Assembly (NCBI GenBank): GCA_965200245.1
Contig: CBDATS010000002.1
Span: 64,001-128,000 of the forward strand
From: a bacterium
GTDB lineage: Bacteria > UBA8248
DNA: 64,000 nucleotides
Direction of reading: 5' to 3'
The notes below the pieces were generated by a model that saw only the letters and a list, made by a program, of their open reading frames with translations, did not search any database and was not told where the DNA came from. The position numbers were made by a program, and so were the translations under genes. Of the stretch, positions 21,379-30,681 are shown piece by piece. Numbering within the stretch: position 1 is the stretch's first letter; each line of letters starts with the position of its first letter.

Positions 21379-21680
21379 GCTTGCGTATATCCGACTTCCG
21401 CCGTATCGAGAATTTCCTGGAGAAAATTGGGGCTCAAGTCTTTCGGAGTCCTCAGGCCCACCTTGTGGCCGCCGAACAGGGCCGACAACTTGATCTACAT
21501 TCCGGCAATGCCAAGCAAGCCGGGAATACGGTCCGGATCGAACCCTACCAGCACGTCGATATCGTTCCCGGGCCCGAAATCAGCCCGCAGCACCGAGCCG
21601 AAGACCGCGAGCCGCCGGATTCCGTGCGCTTGGCAGAACACTGCTACCCCAGCCTTCGGGAATGACAGAAGCGGGTTCAT
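21375..21680 (-). pseudogene. Second MNT antitoxin with an in-frame TAG
   Basis: FCQAHGIRRLAVFGSVLRADFGPGNDIDVLVGF...GM*IKLSALFGGHKVGLRTP. TAG at 21495-21497. Confidence 0.75.
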
Positions 21681-22179
21681 GACTAAAGCACCAGGTTTTC
21701 GTCGACGCCGAAGCCAGCGGATCGCAGTTCCTTGATGAACTCCCCATGCCCGGGTCGCTCACGACCCTATCCATTAGCCTGTTCGTGCCCACCCGACCCG
21801 AAGGGCGGTGGTTCGGCTTCACGTTATGCCGCCATCAAACTTCGGTCAATCTCCCCCGCAAGCTAGTGAAAAGTTCACCGATGGTCAGCATGAAACGGTT
21901 GAGACCAAACTGATCGTCTCCTGACATAGAACTGTCTTTTCTTTGGTTTGACCACCAGTAATGAGGGAATAATCTGACATGTCAGGGTCGCATGTATGCT
22001 CCCTCTACAATGAAAATCCAGCCCGTGAATCAACATCCCGCAAACGAAGAAATTCACGCTACAATGAAACATGTGCACTACGCCTGATCGGTGCAGGCGC
22101 GTACCATTCGCTTCCCGTTCCGCTGATCTTGCGCGAAACAGGCGGGGGAGCGAAATTGTAGGGAAGGAGGGTTCGTTCG

Positions 22180-23412
22180 ATGATGATGTTCCGATTCTCG
22201 CTATACGGTTTCCTCAAGAACCAGACCTATTTCGAACCCTTCCTCATCCTCGCCTTTCTGGAGAAAGACCTCTCTTTCTTCCAGATAGGGATTCTCATCG
22301 GCTTTCGAGAAGTGTGTATCAACATTTTCGAGATTCCGAGCGGCGCGGTGGCCGACCTCTACGGCAGAAGGCGCTCGATGATTTTCTCCTTCCTCGCCTA
22401 CATCACTTCGTTCCTCGTTTTCGGCTTATCGGCCTCTTTCACCGCGCTTTTCCTCGCCATGTTCGCCTTCGCACTCGGCGATTCGTTCCGCACAGGCACG
22501 CACAAGGCGATGATTTTCGAGTGGCTGAGAATCCAGGGCCGCGAGAAAGAACGCACCCGTGTCTACGGCTTCACGCGCTCATGGTCGAAGGTGGGTTCGG
22601 CCGTCTCGGTTGTGATCGCCAGCGCGTTCATCTTCACCGGCGCGCGCTACAGCGACATATTCCTGCTCGCCATCATCCCCTACGCGATGAACATCGTGAA
22701 CTTTCTCGGTTACCCCAGGGAACTCGAAGGCTTGCGCGCGCCGGATACCAAAATTCCCGGCGTCTGGAGGCATCTAAAAGACTCCATGCGCATGGCGTTC
22801 ACCGACAGGCCGCTGCGAGGCATTCTTGTGGAGTCCATGAGTTACGAGGGTACCTACAAGGTCGCGAAGGACTATATCCAGCCCGTAATCCAACAAGCCG
22901 CCCTGGGGCTGGCCCTGCTCGCCACCTGGCAGCAGCAACAGCGCGTAGCCATCCTGATGGGGGCGGTCTACTTCGTGCTCCACATGCTATCGAGCTTCGC
23001 CTCGCGCGGGGGGCACCGCCTCGTCGAAGCCACGGGTTCCGAGGAAGCGGCAGCGAAATCGCTCTGGGGTGCTACCGCCCTCATCTACGCGGCTCTCGCC
23101 TGGGGGCTCTGGACGGGCTGGGATTCGGTGGTCATCGCGGGCTTCGTCGCCCTGGCGGTGCTGCAGAACTTCTGGCGTCCGGTACTCATCAGCCGAATCG
23201 ACGCACACAGCACACCCGAGGCAGGTGCAACGATACTCTCCGTCGAGACACAGGCCAAATCAATTCTCGCCATGGTGCTAGCTCCCCTCATCGGTCTTTT
23301 CGTGGACATGTTCGGCATGGTGGGCGTGGGCGTTGTGGCCGCGCTGGTCACGCTGCCCTTCGCGCTGACGCGCCTGGGCGGCACGCGAGAGAGGGCGGTT
23401 CACCAGCCCTAG
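22180..23412 (+). CDS. MFS transporter
   Basis: 410 aa, about 12 TM segments, motif A-like EIPSGAVADLYGRRRS. Confidence 0.85.
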   Translation: MMMFRFSLYGFLKNQTYFEPFLILAFLEKDLSFFQIGILIGFREVCINIFEIPSGAVADLYGRRRSMIFSFLAYITSFLVFGLSASFTALFLAMFAFALGDSFRTGTHKAMIFEWLRIQGREKERTRVYGFTRSWSKVGSAVSVVIASAFIFTGARYSDIFLLAIIPYAMNIVNFLGYPRELEGLRAPDTKIPGVWRHLKDSMRMAFTDRPLRGILVESMSYEGTYKVAKDYIQPVIQQAALGLALLATWQQQQRVAILMGAVYFVLHMLSSFASRGGHRLVEATGSEEAAAKSLWGATALIYAALAWGLWTGWDSVVIAGFVALAVLQNFWRPVLISRIDAHSTPEAGATILSVETQAKSILAMVLAPLIGLFVDMFGMVGVGVVAALVTLPFALTRLGGTRERAVHQP

Positions 23413-23577
23413 AACGCGTTTCCACCGGACAACGGATCCCCCCAAGAACGCTTGGATTCCCCCATAATGAAATGGTAGAGTCACCTCACCTGCGTCAAGA
23501 GGGTTCAAAATAATTTTGTTCGTGTACAGGAGGCGAACGAACAAGGGGCGGCGCGCGCTGCCCGTGGGGAGTGCAAC

Positions 23578-24735
23578 TTGAATAATGCCGAAAATCAAGG
23601 AAATCTCGGGATAACCATTGGGCTGGAGGAAGAGTTCTTTCTCGTCGACCCCGACTCACGCGACCTGATTGCGGACCCGAACCCGGCGATCTTCGAAGCC
23701 TGCGAGGCCGGTATCGGACCGCACAAGGTTACGACCGAGTTGATTCGTTCCCAGGTCGAGACCAACACCCGGGTGTGTGCTTCGGTGCATGAGGCTCGCG
23801 AGGCGTTACGCGAGACAAGGCGGATCATCATCAAGGCTGCCGAGGCGCACGGCGCAGCGGTGCTTGGTTCCTCCACCCATCCCTTCGCGCAGTGGCGAGA
23901 GTTGAAGGTCACGGCCAAGGAACGTTACGAGCGCTTTCTGATGACTTTCCAGGAGACCATCCGCCGCATGGTCATCGGGGGAATGCACATTCACGCGGGC
24001 TTCGGCGACCCGGAATCCCGCATCCGGATCATGACGGCCATCCGCCGTTACCTGCCGGCCATCCATGCGCTCTCCACCTCATCGCCCTTCAACAGTGGCA
24101 ATGATACGGGCTACAAGTCATATCGCCTGAACCTCTTCGGCATCCTGCCGCGCACCAACCTGCCCCCTCCCCTGCGTACCCGGGCGGAATTCGAAAACAT
24201 CATTTCCGAATACCAGCGAATGAAATTCATCGAAACCGGCAGCGAACTCTGGTGGGACGTCCGCCCCGCCCACGCCTTCCCGACACTCGAACTTCGCATC
24301 TGCGACATCTGTCCCAGGATAGAGGACGCCATCGCCATCACAGCACTCTACGTCTGCCTGCTGCAGTGGCTCATACAACAGGACGAAGCGGGCACGCTGC
24401 CACCCGAGCCGCTCACCGAGATCATTGCGGAGAACCGCTGGGTGGCCCATCGCTACGGCACGCTTTCTTTCTTCGGCGACGCGACCAGCGAAAGCGGCCG
24501 GATGGATATCAACGATTTCGTGCACGCGCTCGTCGAGAAACTCACGCCTCAGGCCCGCGCGCTAGGGTGTGAGGCGGAACTTCACCACACACTCACTATC
24601 ATGCGCGAGGGCAGCGGCGCGGACCGCCAGGCCGACCTCTACCGCCTGCGCCGCCTGGAAGGCGACACGGAAGAAGAGGCGCTTCGACACGTAGTGGACC
24701 TTGTGCTCGCCGAAACCAAAGAGGGCGTGTTCTGA
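23578..24735 (+). CDS. ybdK: Carboxylate-amine ligase / glutamate-cysteine ligase 2 (YbdK family)
   Basis: TIGLEEEFFLVD, GMHIHAG, SSPF, WWDVRP..FPTLELRICD and ENRWVA.RYG motifs. Confidence 0.85.
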   Translation: MNNAENQGNLGITIGLEEEFFLVDPDSRDLIADPNPAIFEACEAGIGPHKVTTELIRSQVETNTRVCASVHEAREALRETRRIIIKAAEAHGAAVLGSSTHPFAQWRELKVTAKERYERFLMTFQETIRRMVIGGMHIHAGFGDPESRIRIMTAIRRYLPAIHALSTSSPFNSGNDTGYKSYRLNLFGILPRTNLPPPLRTRAEFENIISEYQRMKFIETGSELWWDVRPAHAFPTLELRICDICPRIEDAIAITALYVCLLQWLIQQDEAGTLPPEPLTEIIAENRWVAHRYGTLSFFGDATSESGRMDINDFVHALVEKLTPQARALGCEAELHHTLTIMREGSGADRQADLYRLRRLEGDTEEEALRHVVDLVLAETKEGVF

Positions 24736-24778
24736 GAGAAAAATTCGCAGGTCGATTCGATTCCGGAACTCTATCCAT

Positions 24779-24810
24779 TCGTAAAATGGAAGCCTCGTAA
24801 AATGGAAGCC
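24779..24810 (+). repeat. 16-bp tandem duplication TCGTAAAATGGAAGCC x2
   Basis: Two perfect adjacent copies in intergenic DNA. Confidence 0.85.
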
Positions 24811-25055
24811 AGCCGCTACCCGTCTAACATGAATTCATGGGCGAGACCATCCTGTCCCTCCTGCGCCATTTGCTTGCCGTCAGTTCATCTCAGAGATTTC
24901 CCATAATCAAGGATGCGTATCCACCACGCCCCGTCAGCCAGTCCCACGCCATCCTGATCCCCTGATCGCATTGACCGTTTGAGTCGAAACAAACTAGACT
25001 GCTCCCATACCATCAGCAAAAGAGGGATGCGGCTCCATTCCCCGCGCAAGAAGGG

Positions 25056-25559
25056 ATGCGCAACGTGCGAAACATCGAACGAAATCTCTCCTGGATACTC
25101 CTTCTCTCGCTCACGCTGATGCTCACCGTGCAGGTCATCGCGCGCTACATCTTCTTCACCTCGATCAGCTGGATCGAGGAGTTTTCGCGCATCGTCTTCA
25201 TCTGGTTTATCTACCTGACGATCAGCTGGATCATCCTCCAGGGCCGTCACATACGCGTAAACGCCATCGAGATGATCACGCCCGCCTCCTGGGCACGCCC
25301 GATAGTTTTTTTCTCCGACTGCCTGTGGATGACCTTCAACGTCTTGATGACGTATTACGGTTTCCTCTTCGTGAAAAGCGAGATCGACGTCTGGTCGGAG
25401 ACCGACATTCTCCAGATACCGGAAGCTGCCGTACACGCGATTATTCCCATCGGCTTCGGGTTGATGACCATACGGCTCGCTCAATATATGTACCGCGTCT
25501 ACGTGCAGGGCGGCCCCGAGGTGGTGTATGAGGTCGAAAAGCAGGAGGAAGAGCGATGA
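25056..25559 (+). CDS. dctQ: TRAP transporter small permease
   Basis: 4 TM segments, QVIARY..WIEEFSR..HIRV motif. Confidence 0.85.
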   Translation: MRNVRNIERNLSWILLLSLTLMLTVQVIARYIFFTSISWIEEFSRIVFIWFIYLTISWIILQGRHIRVNAIEMITPASWARPIVFFSDCLWMTFNVLMTYYGFLFVKSEIDVWSETDILQIPEAAVHAIIPIGFGLMTIRLAQYMYRVYVQGGPEVVYEVEKQEEER

Positions 25560-26842
25560 ACATGCCTCTGCTTCTGCTCGGCTCCCTAGCCGTCTTCCTC
25601 TTCATCCGCGTGCCTGTGGGCGTCTCTCTTGGCCTGGCCTCCATCCTCGTCTACTACGCCACCGGAGAGCGCTTCGAGAGTCTGGCACTTTCCTATTACG
25701 ACGGGCTGGACAAGTTCCCCTTTATCGCCGTGCCCATGTTCCTGCTTGCGGGCGCGCTCATGGAAAAAGGCGGTATCAGCAAGCGCCTGATATCGGTGGC
25801 GGACTGCTTCGTGGGCAACGTGCAGGGCGGCCTCGCCCACGTCACCATACTCGCTTGCATGCTTTTCTCCGCCATCTCAGGGTCGGGACCCGCCACGACG
25901 GCCGCCGTGGGCGGACTCATGATCCCCACCATGCTCAGGCGTCAGTATGACAGGAACTATTCGGGCGCAGTCTCCGCCTGCGGGGGGACGCTCGGTATCC
26001 TCATCCCGCCGAGCATCACCTTGATCGTCTATGGCGTCAGCGCCGATCAGTCCGTCACGCGGCTGTTCATCGCGGGTTTTCTGCCCGGCATCCTGCTGGG
26101 CTGCATGCTGATGTGCTGCGCCACAATCCTGGCACGCTTCATGACGGTGGAATCGGATTCCGAACCCTTCTCCGCCGCGCGCACGCTCACCACCATCTGG
26201 GGGTCCCGCTGGGCGCTCCTGGCACCGGTCGTCATCATCGGCGGCATCTACGGGGGCTTCGTGACACCGACGGAGAGTGCCGTCATCGCCGTGCTCTATG
26301 GCTGGGTGATCGGCACGTTCGTCTACAGGGAGCTCGACTGGAAAAGGACACGCGAGTGCCTGGAAATCGCGGCCCTCGTCACCGGAACCATCGCCATCAT
26401 CTGGGGAGCGTCGCTCGCGTTCGGCGAACTCATCACCATCCACCGGATTCCCCAGTTGGTGACGGCTTTCATCGAGAGTGTGACGCGATCGCCGTTTCTG
26501 ATCCTCATGCTCATCAGCCTGTTTCTCACCTTCGTCGGAATGTGGCTGAACACCATGGCACAGGTCATCATCCTCACACCGATGTTCCTGCCCGTCATCC
26601 AGGCGGTGGGCATCGACCCCATCCACTTCGGCATCGTTTTCGTGGTGAACTGCGAAATCGGCTACCTCACGCCGCCTCTGGGCACGAGCCTGTTCGTGGC
26701 AATGGGCATCGCGGACACGACGCTGGGCGCGATCGCCAAGGCTGTCCTGCCTTTCATCGCGACCATGTTCCTGTGCGTGATCATCCTCTCGTATTTCCCC
26801 AGCATCTCCCTCGTTCTGCCGAACCTGATCATCGGCAGATGA
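25556..26842 (+). CDS. dctM: TRAP transporter large permease
   Basis: AVPMFLLAG, SAISGSGPA, GILIPPS, TPTES, GIDPIHFG and TPPLG motifs. Confidence 0.9.
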   Translation: MNMPLLLLGSLAVFLFIRVPVGVSLGLASILVYYATGERFESLALSYYDGLDKFPFIAVPMFLLAGALMEKGGISKRLISVADCFVGNVQGGLAHVTILACMLFSAISGSGPATTAAVGGLMIPTMLRRQYDRNYSGAVSACGGTLGILIPPSITLIVYGVSADQSVTRLFIAGFLPGILLGCMLMCCATILARFMTVESDSEPFSAARTLTTIWGSRWALLAPVVIIGGIYGGFVTPTESAVIAVLYGWVIGTFVYRELDWKRTRECLEIAALVTGTIAIIWGASLAFGELITIHRIPQLVTAFIESVTRSPFLILMLISLFLTFVGMWLNTMAQVIILTPMFLPVIQAVGIDPIHFGIVFVVNCEIGYLTPPLGTSLFVAMGIADTTLGAIAKAVLPFIATMFLCVIILSYFPSISLVLPNLIIGR

Positions 26843-26871
26843 GGGAGCGAACAAAAAAAAGGAGGCAAGAC

Positions 26872-27885
26872 ATGCGACATCTGAAACAATGCTTCACGGT
26901 GATGGTGGGCATTATCCTCGCCACCGGGCTCCTCGTCTGCGCTGTTCCGCAAGCCGAGGCCGCCAAGTACGTGATGAAGTTCGCCCACAACAATCCGCCA
27001 AAACCGCAGCTTCTCTATCAGGCCATCGCACTGACAATGCAGAAGAACCTGCAGGTCTACTCCAAGGGGGACATCGACATCCAGATATTCCCCTCCTCAC
27101 AACTCGGCAAGGATCGCGTTGCCGCCAAGAAACTCCAACTCGGCTCGGTGCAAATGCAGGTCGTGGCGTCGAACAACATCACGGCCTTCGACAGGCGGCT
27201 TGATATCTTCACCCTGCCCTTCATGTTCGGTAGCTTCAAAGGCGCCGTGAAGGTCTTCAACAGCGACATCGGCAAGAACATCGGCGAGAATTTCCGCAAG
27301 AAATCAGGCATCCGGGTGCTGGGCTTCGTCGCCACGGGGTTCCGGAACATGATGAACAGCAAACACCCCATCATGAAGCCTGCGGATCTCGGCGACCTGC
27401 GGATGCGGATCGCGAAAAATCCCATCATGGTGCAGACCTATAAGGCGCTCGGCGGCAGCACCATCGGCATGGCACCGACAGAACTGTTCAGCGCGCTCAG
27501 CACCAAGACGGTGGACGGCCACGACGGCGGATCGAGCTGGGCGTGGGCGCAGAAACTCTACGAGGTGCAGAAATACCTCTCCATCACCCGGCACCAACTC
27601 GTGGCGGGCGCGCTCATCATGAACGACAAATATTACGCCAAGCTCCCCAAACATTTGCAAAAAGCCGTGCAGATGGCCGCGCGCGACACCATCGCATGGG
27701 CGAACACCTACGCGGAGGAGAACGAACAGGACATCATGAAGGGTTTCGCACAGAAGGGGCTCACGATCGCCACACCCGATCTCAAGCCTTTCCGTGAAGC
27801 GGTGAAGCCCGTGCACAAGATGTTCGCCGACAAGGTGGGCGGCATCGACCTCATCAACCGCATTCTGAAGATGCAGGAAGGTTAG
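26872..27885 (+). CDS. dctP: TRAP solute-binding protein
   Basis: AAGGAGG RBS, signal peptide, IFPSSQLG, GFRNM, LRMRI and VQKYLS motifs. Confidence 0.9.
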   Translation: MRHLKQCFTVMVGIILATGLLVCAVPQAEAAKYVMKFAHNNPPKPQLLYQAIALTMQKNLQVYSKGDIDIQIFPSSQLGKDRVAAKKLQLGSVQMQVVASNNITAFDRRLDIFTLPFMFGSFKGAVKVFNSDIGKNIGENFRKKSGIRVLGFVATGFRNMMNSKHPIMKPADLGDLRMRIAKNPIMVQTYKALGGSTIGMAPTELFSALSTKTVDGHDGGSSWAWAQKLYEVQKYLSITRHQLVAGALIMNDKYYAKLPKHLQKAVQMAARDTIAWANTYAEENEQDIMKGFAQKGLTIATPDLKPFREAVKPVHKMFADKVGGIDLINRILKMQEG

Positions 27886-27894
27886 TCAACCACA

Positions 27895-27933
27895 AGGCGC
27901 GCGGCGACCCGGGTCGTCGCGCGCCTGTTTTTT
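27895..27933 (+). terminator. Rho-independent terminator after dctP
   Basis: Long GC hairpin GGCGCGCGGCGACC..GGTCGTCGCGCGCC followed by TGTTTTTT. Confidence 0.75.
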
Positions 27934-27951
27934 CTGGAGAAGGAAAGCGCA

Positions 27952-28707
27952 ATGAGCAGTTTTGAGGGTCAAAACGCCGTCGTTACGGGTGCGGCAACGG
28001 GAATCGGCGAGTCGACGGCGAGAATCCTGGCCCACAGGGGAGCGAAAGTAACCGTGATGGATTTCAATGCGGAAGGTGCCGAGGCAGTGGCGGAATCCAT
28101 CAACGAAAGCGGAGGTGCGGCCCACGCCGCCGTCGTCGATCTCACAGGCTGGGAGGCGACCCTCGCCACAGTGAACGAGGTGCATCGCCGGGCGGGCAGT
28201 ATCGACGTTCTCGTGCACAGCGCCGGCGGCTTTCCGCAATACGTGAGCCTGCTCGACTGCCCCGTGGAAGCGTGGGACGGCGTAGTGGACTCGAACCTGA
28301 AGTCGATGTTCTATCTCTTGAAGGCCACGGCACCTTTGATGGTCGAAGCGAAATACGGGCGTTTCGTCACCCTCTCCAGCATGGCCGCGCGCAGCGGCGT
28401 GAACCCCAACCCGCCGCACTATACTGCTGCAAAGGCGGGCGTACTCGGACTGACCCGCCAGGCCGCGCGAGAACTCGGGCCTCACGGAATAACCGTGAAT
28501 GCAGTCGCCCCCGCGAACGTGCGCACGCCCAGGACGCTTGCCATCAGAACACCCGAACGCATCACACACATCGAGAAGTCATCCCCCGCGGGCAGACTCT
28601 CGGAACCCCACGAGATAGCCGAGGCCGTGGTTTTCCTTTGCAGCAGGGAGGCGGGCTACATCACAGGCGTCACGCTCGACGTGAACGGCGGCGCGACGAT
28701 GGTTTGA
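27952..28707 (+). CDS. SDR family oxidoreductase (FabG-like)
   Basis: TGAATGIG, YTAAK and VNAVAP...DVNGG motifs. Confidence 0.9.
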   Translation: MSSFEGQNAVVTGAATGIGESTARILAHRGAKVTVMDFNAEGAEAVAESINESGGAAHAAVVDLTGWEATLATVNEVHRRAGSIDVLVHSAGGFPQYVSLLDCPVEAWDGVVDSNLKSMFYLLKATAPLMVEAKYGRFVTLSSMAARSGVNPNPPHYTAAKAGVLGLTRQAARELGPHGITVNAVAPANVRTPRTLAIRTPERITHIEKSSPAGRLSEPHEIAEAVVFLCSREAGYITGVTLDVNGGATMV

Positions 28708-28904
28708 TGGTTTAATCACAAAGGCTGTCCCATCACCCATACGGGTTTTGCTTCGAACTGGCGAACATCCCCGCTTCCACAAAAATAGTGACATGGTGGC
28801 CGAAACTGAGTGACTTGTTGCAGAAAATCCCGATAAATCCGATTATAATCTCATGTTGAATTAAACAGGTTTTGAAAGTTCTGCCGGGAAAGAGAAATCT
28901 GAAA

Positions 28905-29339
28905 ATGAACAAATCCAAGCTGTTACGTCTAGCGAACGTCATTGAGAAACAGCCTGTCAGTAACGGCAAGGAAGGTTTCGGAATGGATCGTGTCTATTAT
29001 TTGGATTGGGGCGATGCACCCAGTTCCATACTAGGCTGGACACTCCATTTGGAAGGCTGTGATTTCGAGGACGATTTGGCTTACGAAGATATGTGGGACG
29101 AGAAAGCAGCAGGCATTCTGGAAATAAATGAACATGACGCGGAAAGGCTATTTTGGCTTAAATTCAGCACCGATGGCTACAACTATCATTCACCTCGTCC
29201 GTCAAACTTCTTCATTACGCCGAAACATGCGGCCGAAACCATCCGTCATTTTGTCGAAACCGGCGAGGTCAACTGGCGAAAAGGCAAGGAACGCGAACAG
29301 AAGCGGAAAGAAAATGCCGCTATGGAAAAAACGATATGA
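28905..29339 (+). CDS. Hypothetical protein (lower GC, possibly phage-derived)
   Basis: 144 aa ORF MNKSKLLRLANVIE...ITPKHAAETIRHFVETGEVNW. Confidence 0.55.
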   Translation: MNKSKLLRLANVIEKQPVSNGKEGFGMDRVYYLDWGDAPSSILGWTLHLEGCDFEDDLAYEDMWDEKAAGILEINEHDAERLFWLKFSTDGYNYHSPRPSNFFITPKHAAETIRHFVETGEVNWRKGKEREQKRKENAAMEKTI

Positions 29340-29708
29340 TCAATGACGAGGAAAGGAAACCAATCAAAAGAGATGTTTCACGATCACCGGATTGACTTCG
29401 GCCCGGGCGATACAATGTGACCCGCTTCCCTGTATGGCCCATATCGACGACGGAGTTCCAATCCAATGCAACCACGAATGAAGCGTTTTCGTTTTCGCCG
29501 CTGCTTTTTCCCTGAACCAGGTTCAGCACTGTCCAGTCAGAATCGTCGTTTCGCGCCAATGCTTCCCTTCTCCTAGTATAGGCAAGGGATATATGGCTGT
29601 AACGTGAATTTCAATATCCCCGAGTCAGAAACCACCTGCGCCACAAGAGAACCTGGCGACTATTTCACCTGCAGGGACCACATGCATGCGGCCTTTCCCC
29701 TCCAATAG

Positions 29709-29733
29709 CGGGTCGCATACAGGCGACCCCTAC
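29709..29733 (-). repeat. GTAG-type REP palindrome
   Basis: Minus strand GTAG-GGGTCGC-CTGTAT-GCGACCC. Confidence 0.55.
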
Positions 29734-29781
29734 GGCTGGTCTTGTACTACAGCGGAATCGCCGGGAATTATGGTCGTATCA

Positions 29782-30681
29782 TTACGCGTTCCGGAGGGCT
29801 TGTTTCACGAGGGGCACGACCTTGGAGAAACTCTCGGCCACGAGGACGCCCGCCTCTTTCAGGAGCCTTTTCTTGCCCGATGGCGCGCCGCGGCCCCGCT
29901 CGATAAGTGCGCCCGTGTGGCTCACGCTCGCCGGCGTGGGCGAGGTTTCCCAGAACTCGCCGGGAATCATGGCCACCACGGGTTTCGTGAATCCGCCGGA
30001 GGCAATGAAGCGCGCAGCCTCTTCTTCTCTGTCCGTTCCGGGTTCCCCGAACATGACGACGACGCGCGTCTCCGGATCCTGCTCGAACAGCGCCAGCATC
30101 TCGACGAAAGCGGAACCGATCAGCAAGTCACCGCCCAGGGCCACGTAGGTGCTCTGGCCGATTCCCGCCCGTGTCAGGAAAAGACATATCTCGGCCCCCA
30201 TGCCCCCGCTTCGGCTCACCACTCCCACGGGTCCGGGGCGAAACATCAGGTCGGGCACCTCGCCCCCCGTACCGCCGAGTTTCGCCTTGCCGGGACTCAC
30301 CATGCCCTGGCTATTGGGGCCGATGACGAAGGTTCCCATCTCCGTTGCGCGTGTCAGGAGTGCACAGGCATCGTGGTGCGGCACGCCTTCTGCGAGAATG
30401 TGCACGGTGGGAACGCCCGCCTCGATGGCCTCGAGAGCCGCCTCGCGCACGAAGCGCGCGGGCACGAATAGTACGGAAAGATCGGCCTCGTGTTCCTTCA
30501 AGGCGTTGGCCACGGTTCCGTAGACGGGTACGTCGCCCACCGACTCCCCTTCCTTGCCGGGAGATACGCCTGCCACCACGCGGGTGCCGTAGTCCGTCAT
30601 GGTGGGCAAAAGGCGCCTCGCCTCGCCTCCCGTGGCCCCCTGTACAAGTACGCGGGTATCCGAGTCCAGAAGTATGCTCAA
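29782..30681 (-). CDS. ADP-forming acyl-CoA ligase alpha subunit (SucD-like)
   Basis: TRVLVQGATG, VAGVSPGK, IGPNSQG, VSRSGG and phospho-His SHTGA motifs. Confidence 0.85.
   Translation of the reverse strand: MSILLDSDTRVLVQGATGGEARRLLPTMTDYGTRVVAGVSPGKEGESVGDVPVYGTVANALKEHEADLSVLFVPARFVREAALEAIEAGVPTVHILAEGVPHHDACALLTRATEMGTFVIGPNSQGMVSPGKAKLGGTGGEVPDLMFRPGPVGVVSRSGGMGAEICLFLTRAGIGQSTYVALGGDLLIGSAFVEMLALFEQDPETRVVVMFGEPGTDREEEAARFIASGGFTKPVVAMIPGEFWETSPTPASVSHTGALIERGRGAPSGKKRLLKEAGVLVAESFSKVVPLVKQALRNA

Noticed and set aside
3659-21680. Several in-frame TAG codons (DUF3500, parE x3, MNT) suggesting amber recoding or pyrrolysine
   Set aside because: They appear to replace different residues (Trp, Glu, Tyr, Gln) by single substitutions. 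Intact genes here (MFS, dctP, TAXI) end in TAG, and no pyl genes are seen.
17664-24810. Short tandem repeats (9-bp x3 at 17664; 16-bp x2 at 24779) as CRISPR
   Set aside because: No spacers, too short, and no cas genes.
26113-26871. N-terminal extension of the 590-aa ORF
   Set aside because: Overlaps dctM in another frame. The true dctP start is ATG 26872, with RBS and signal peptide.
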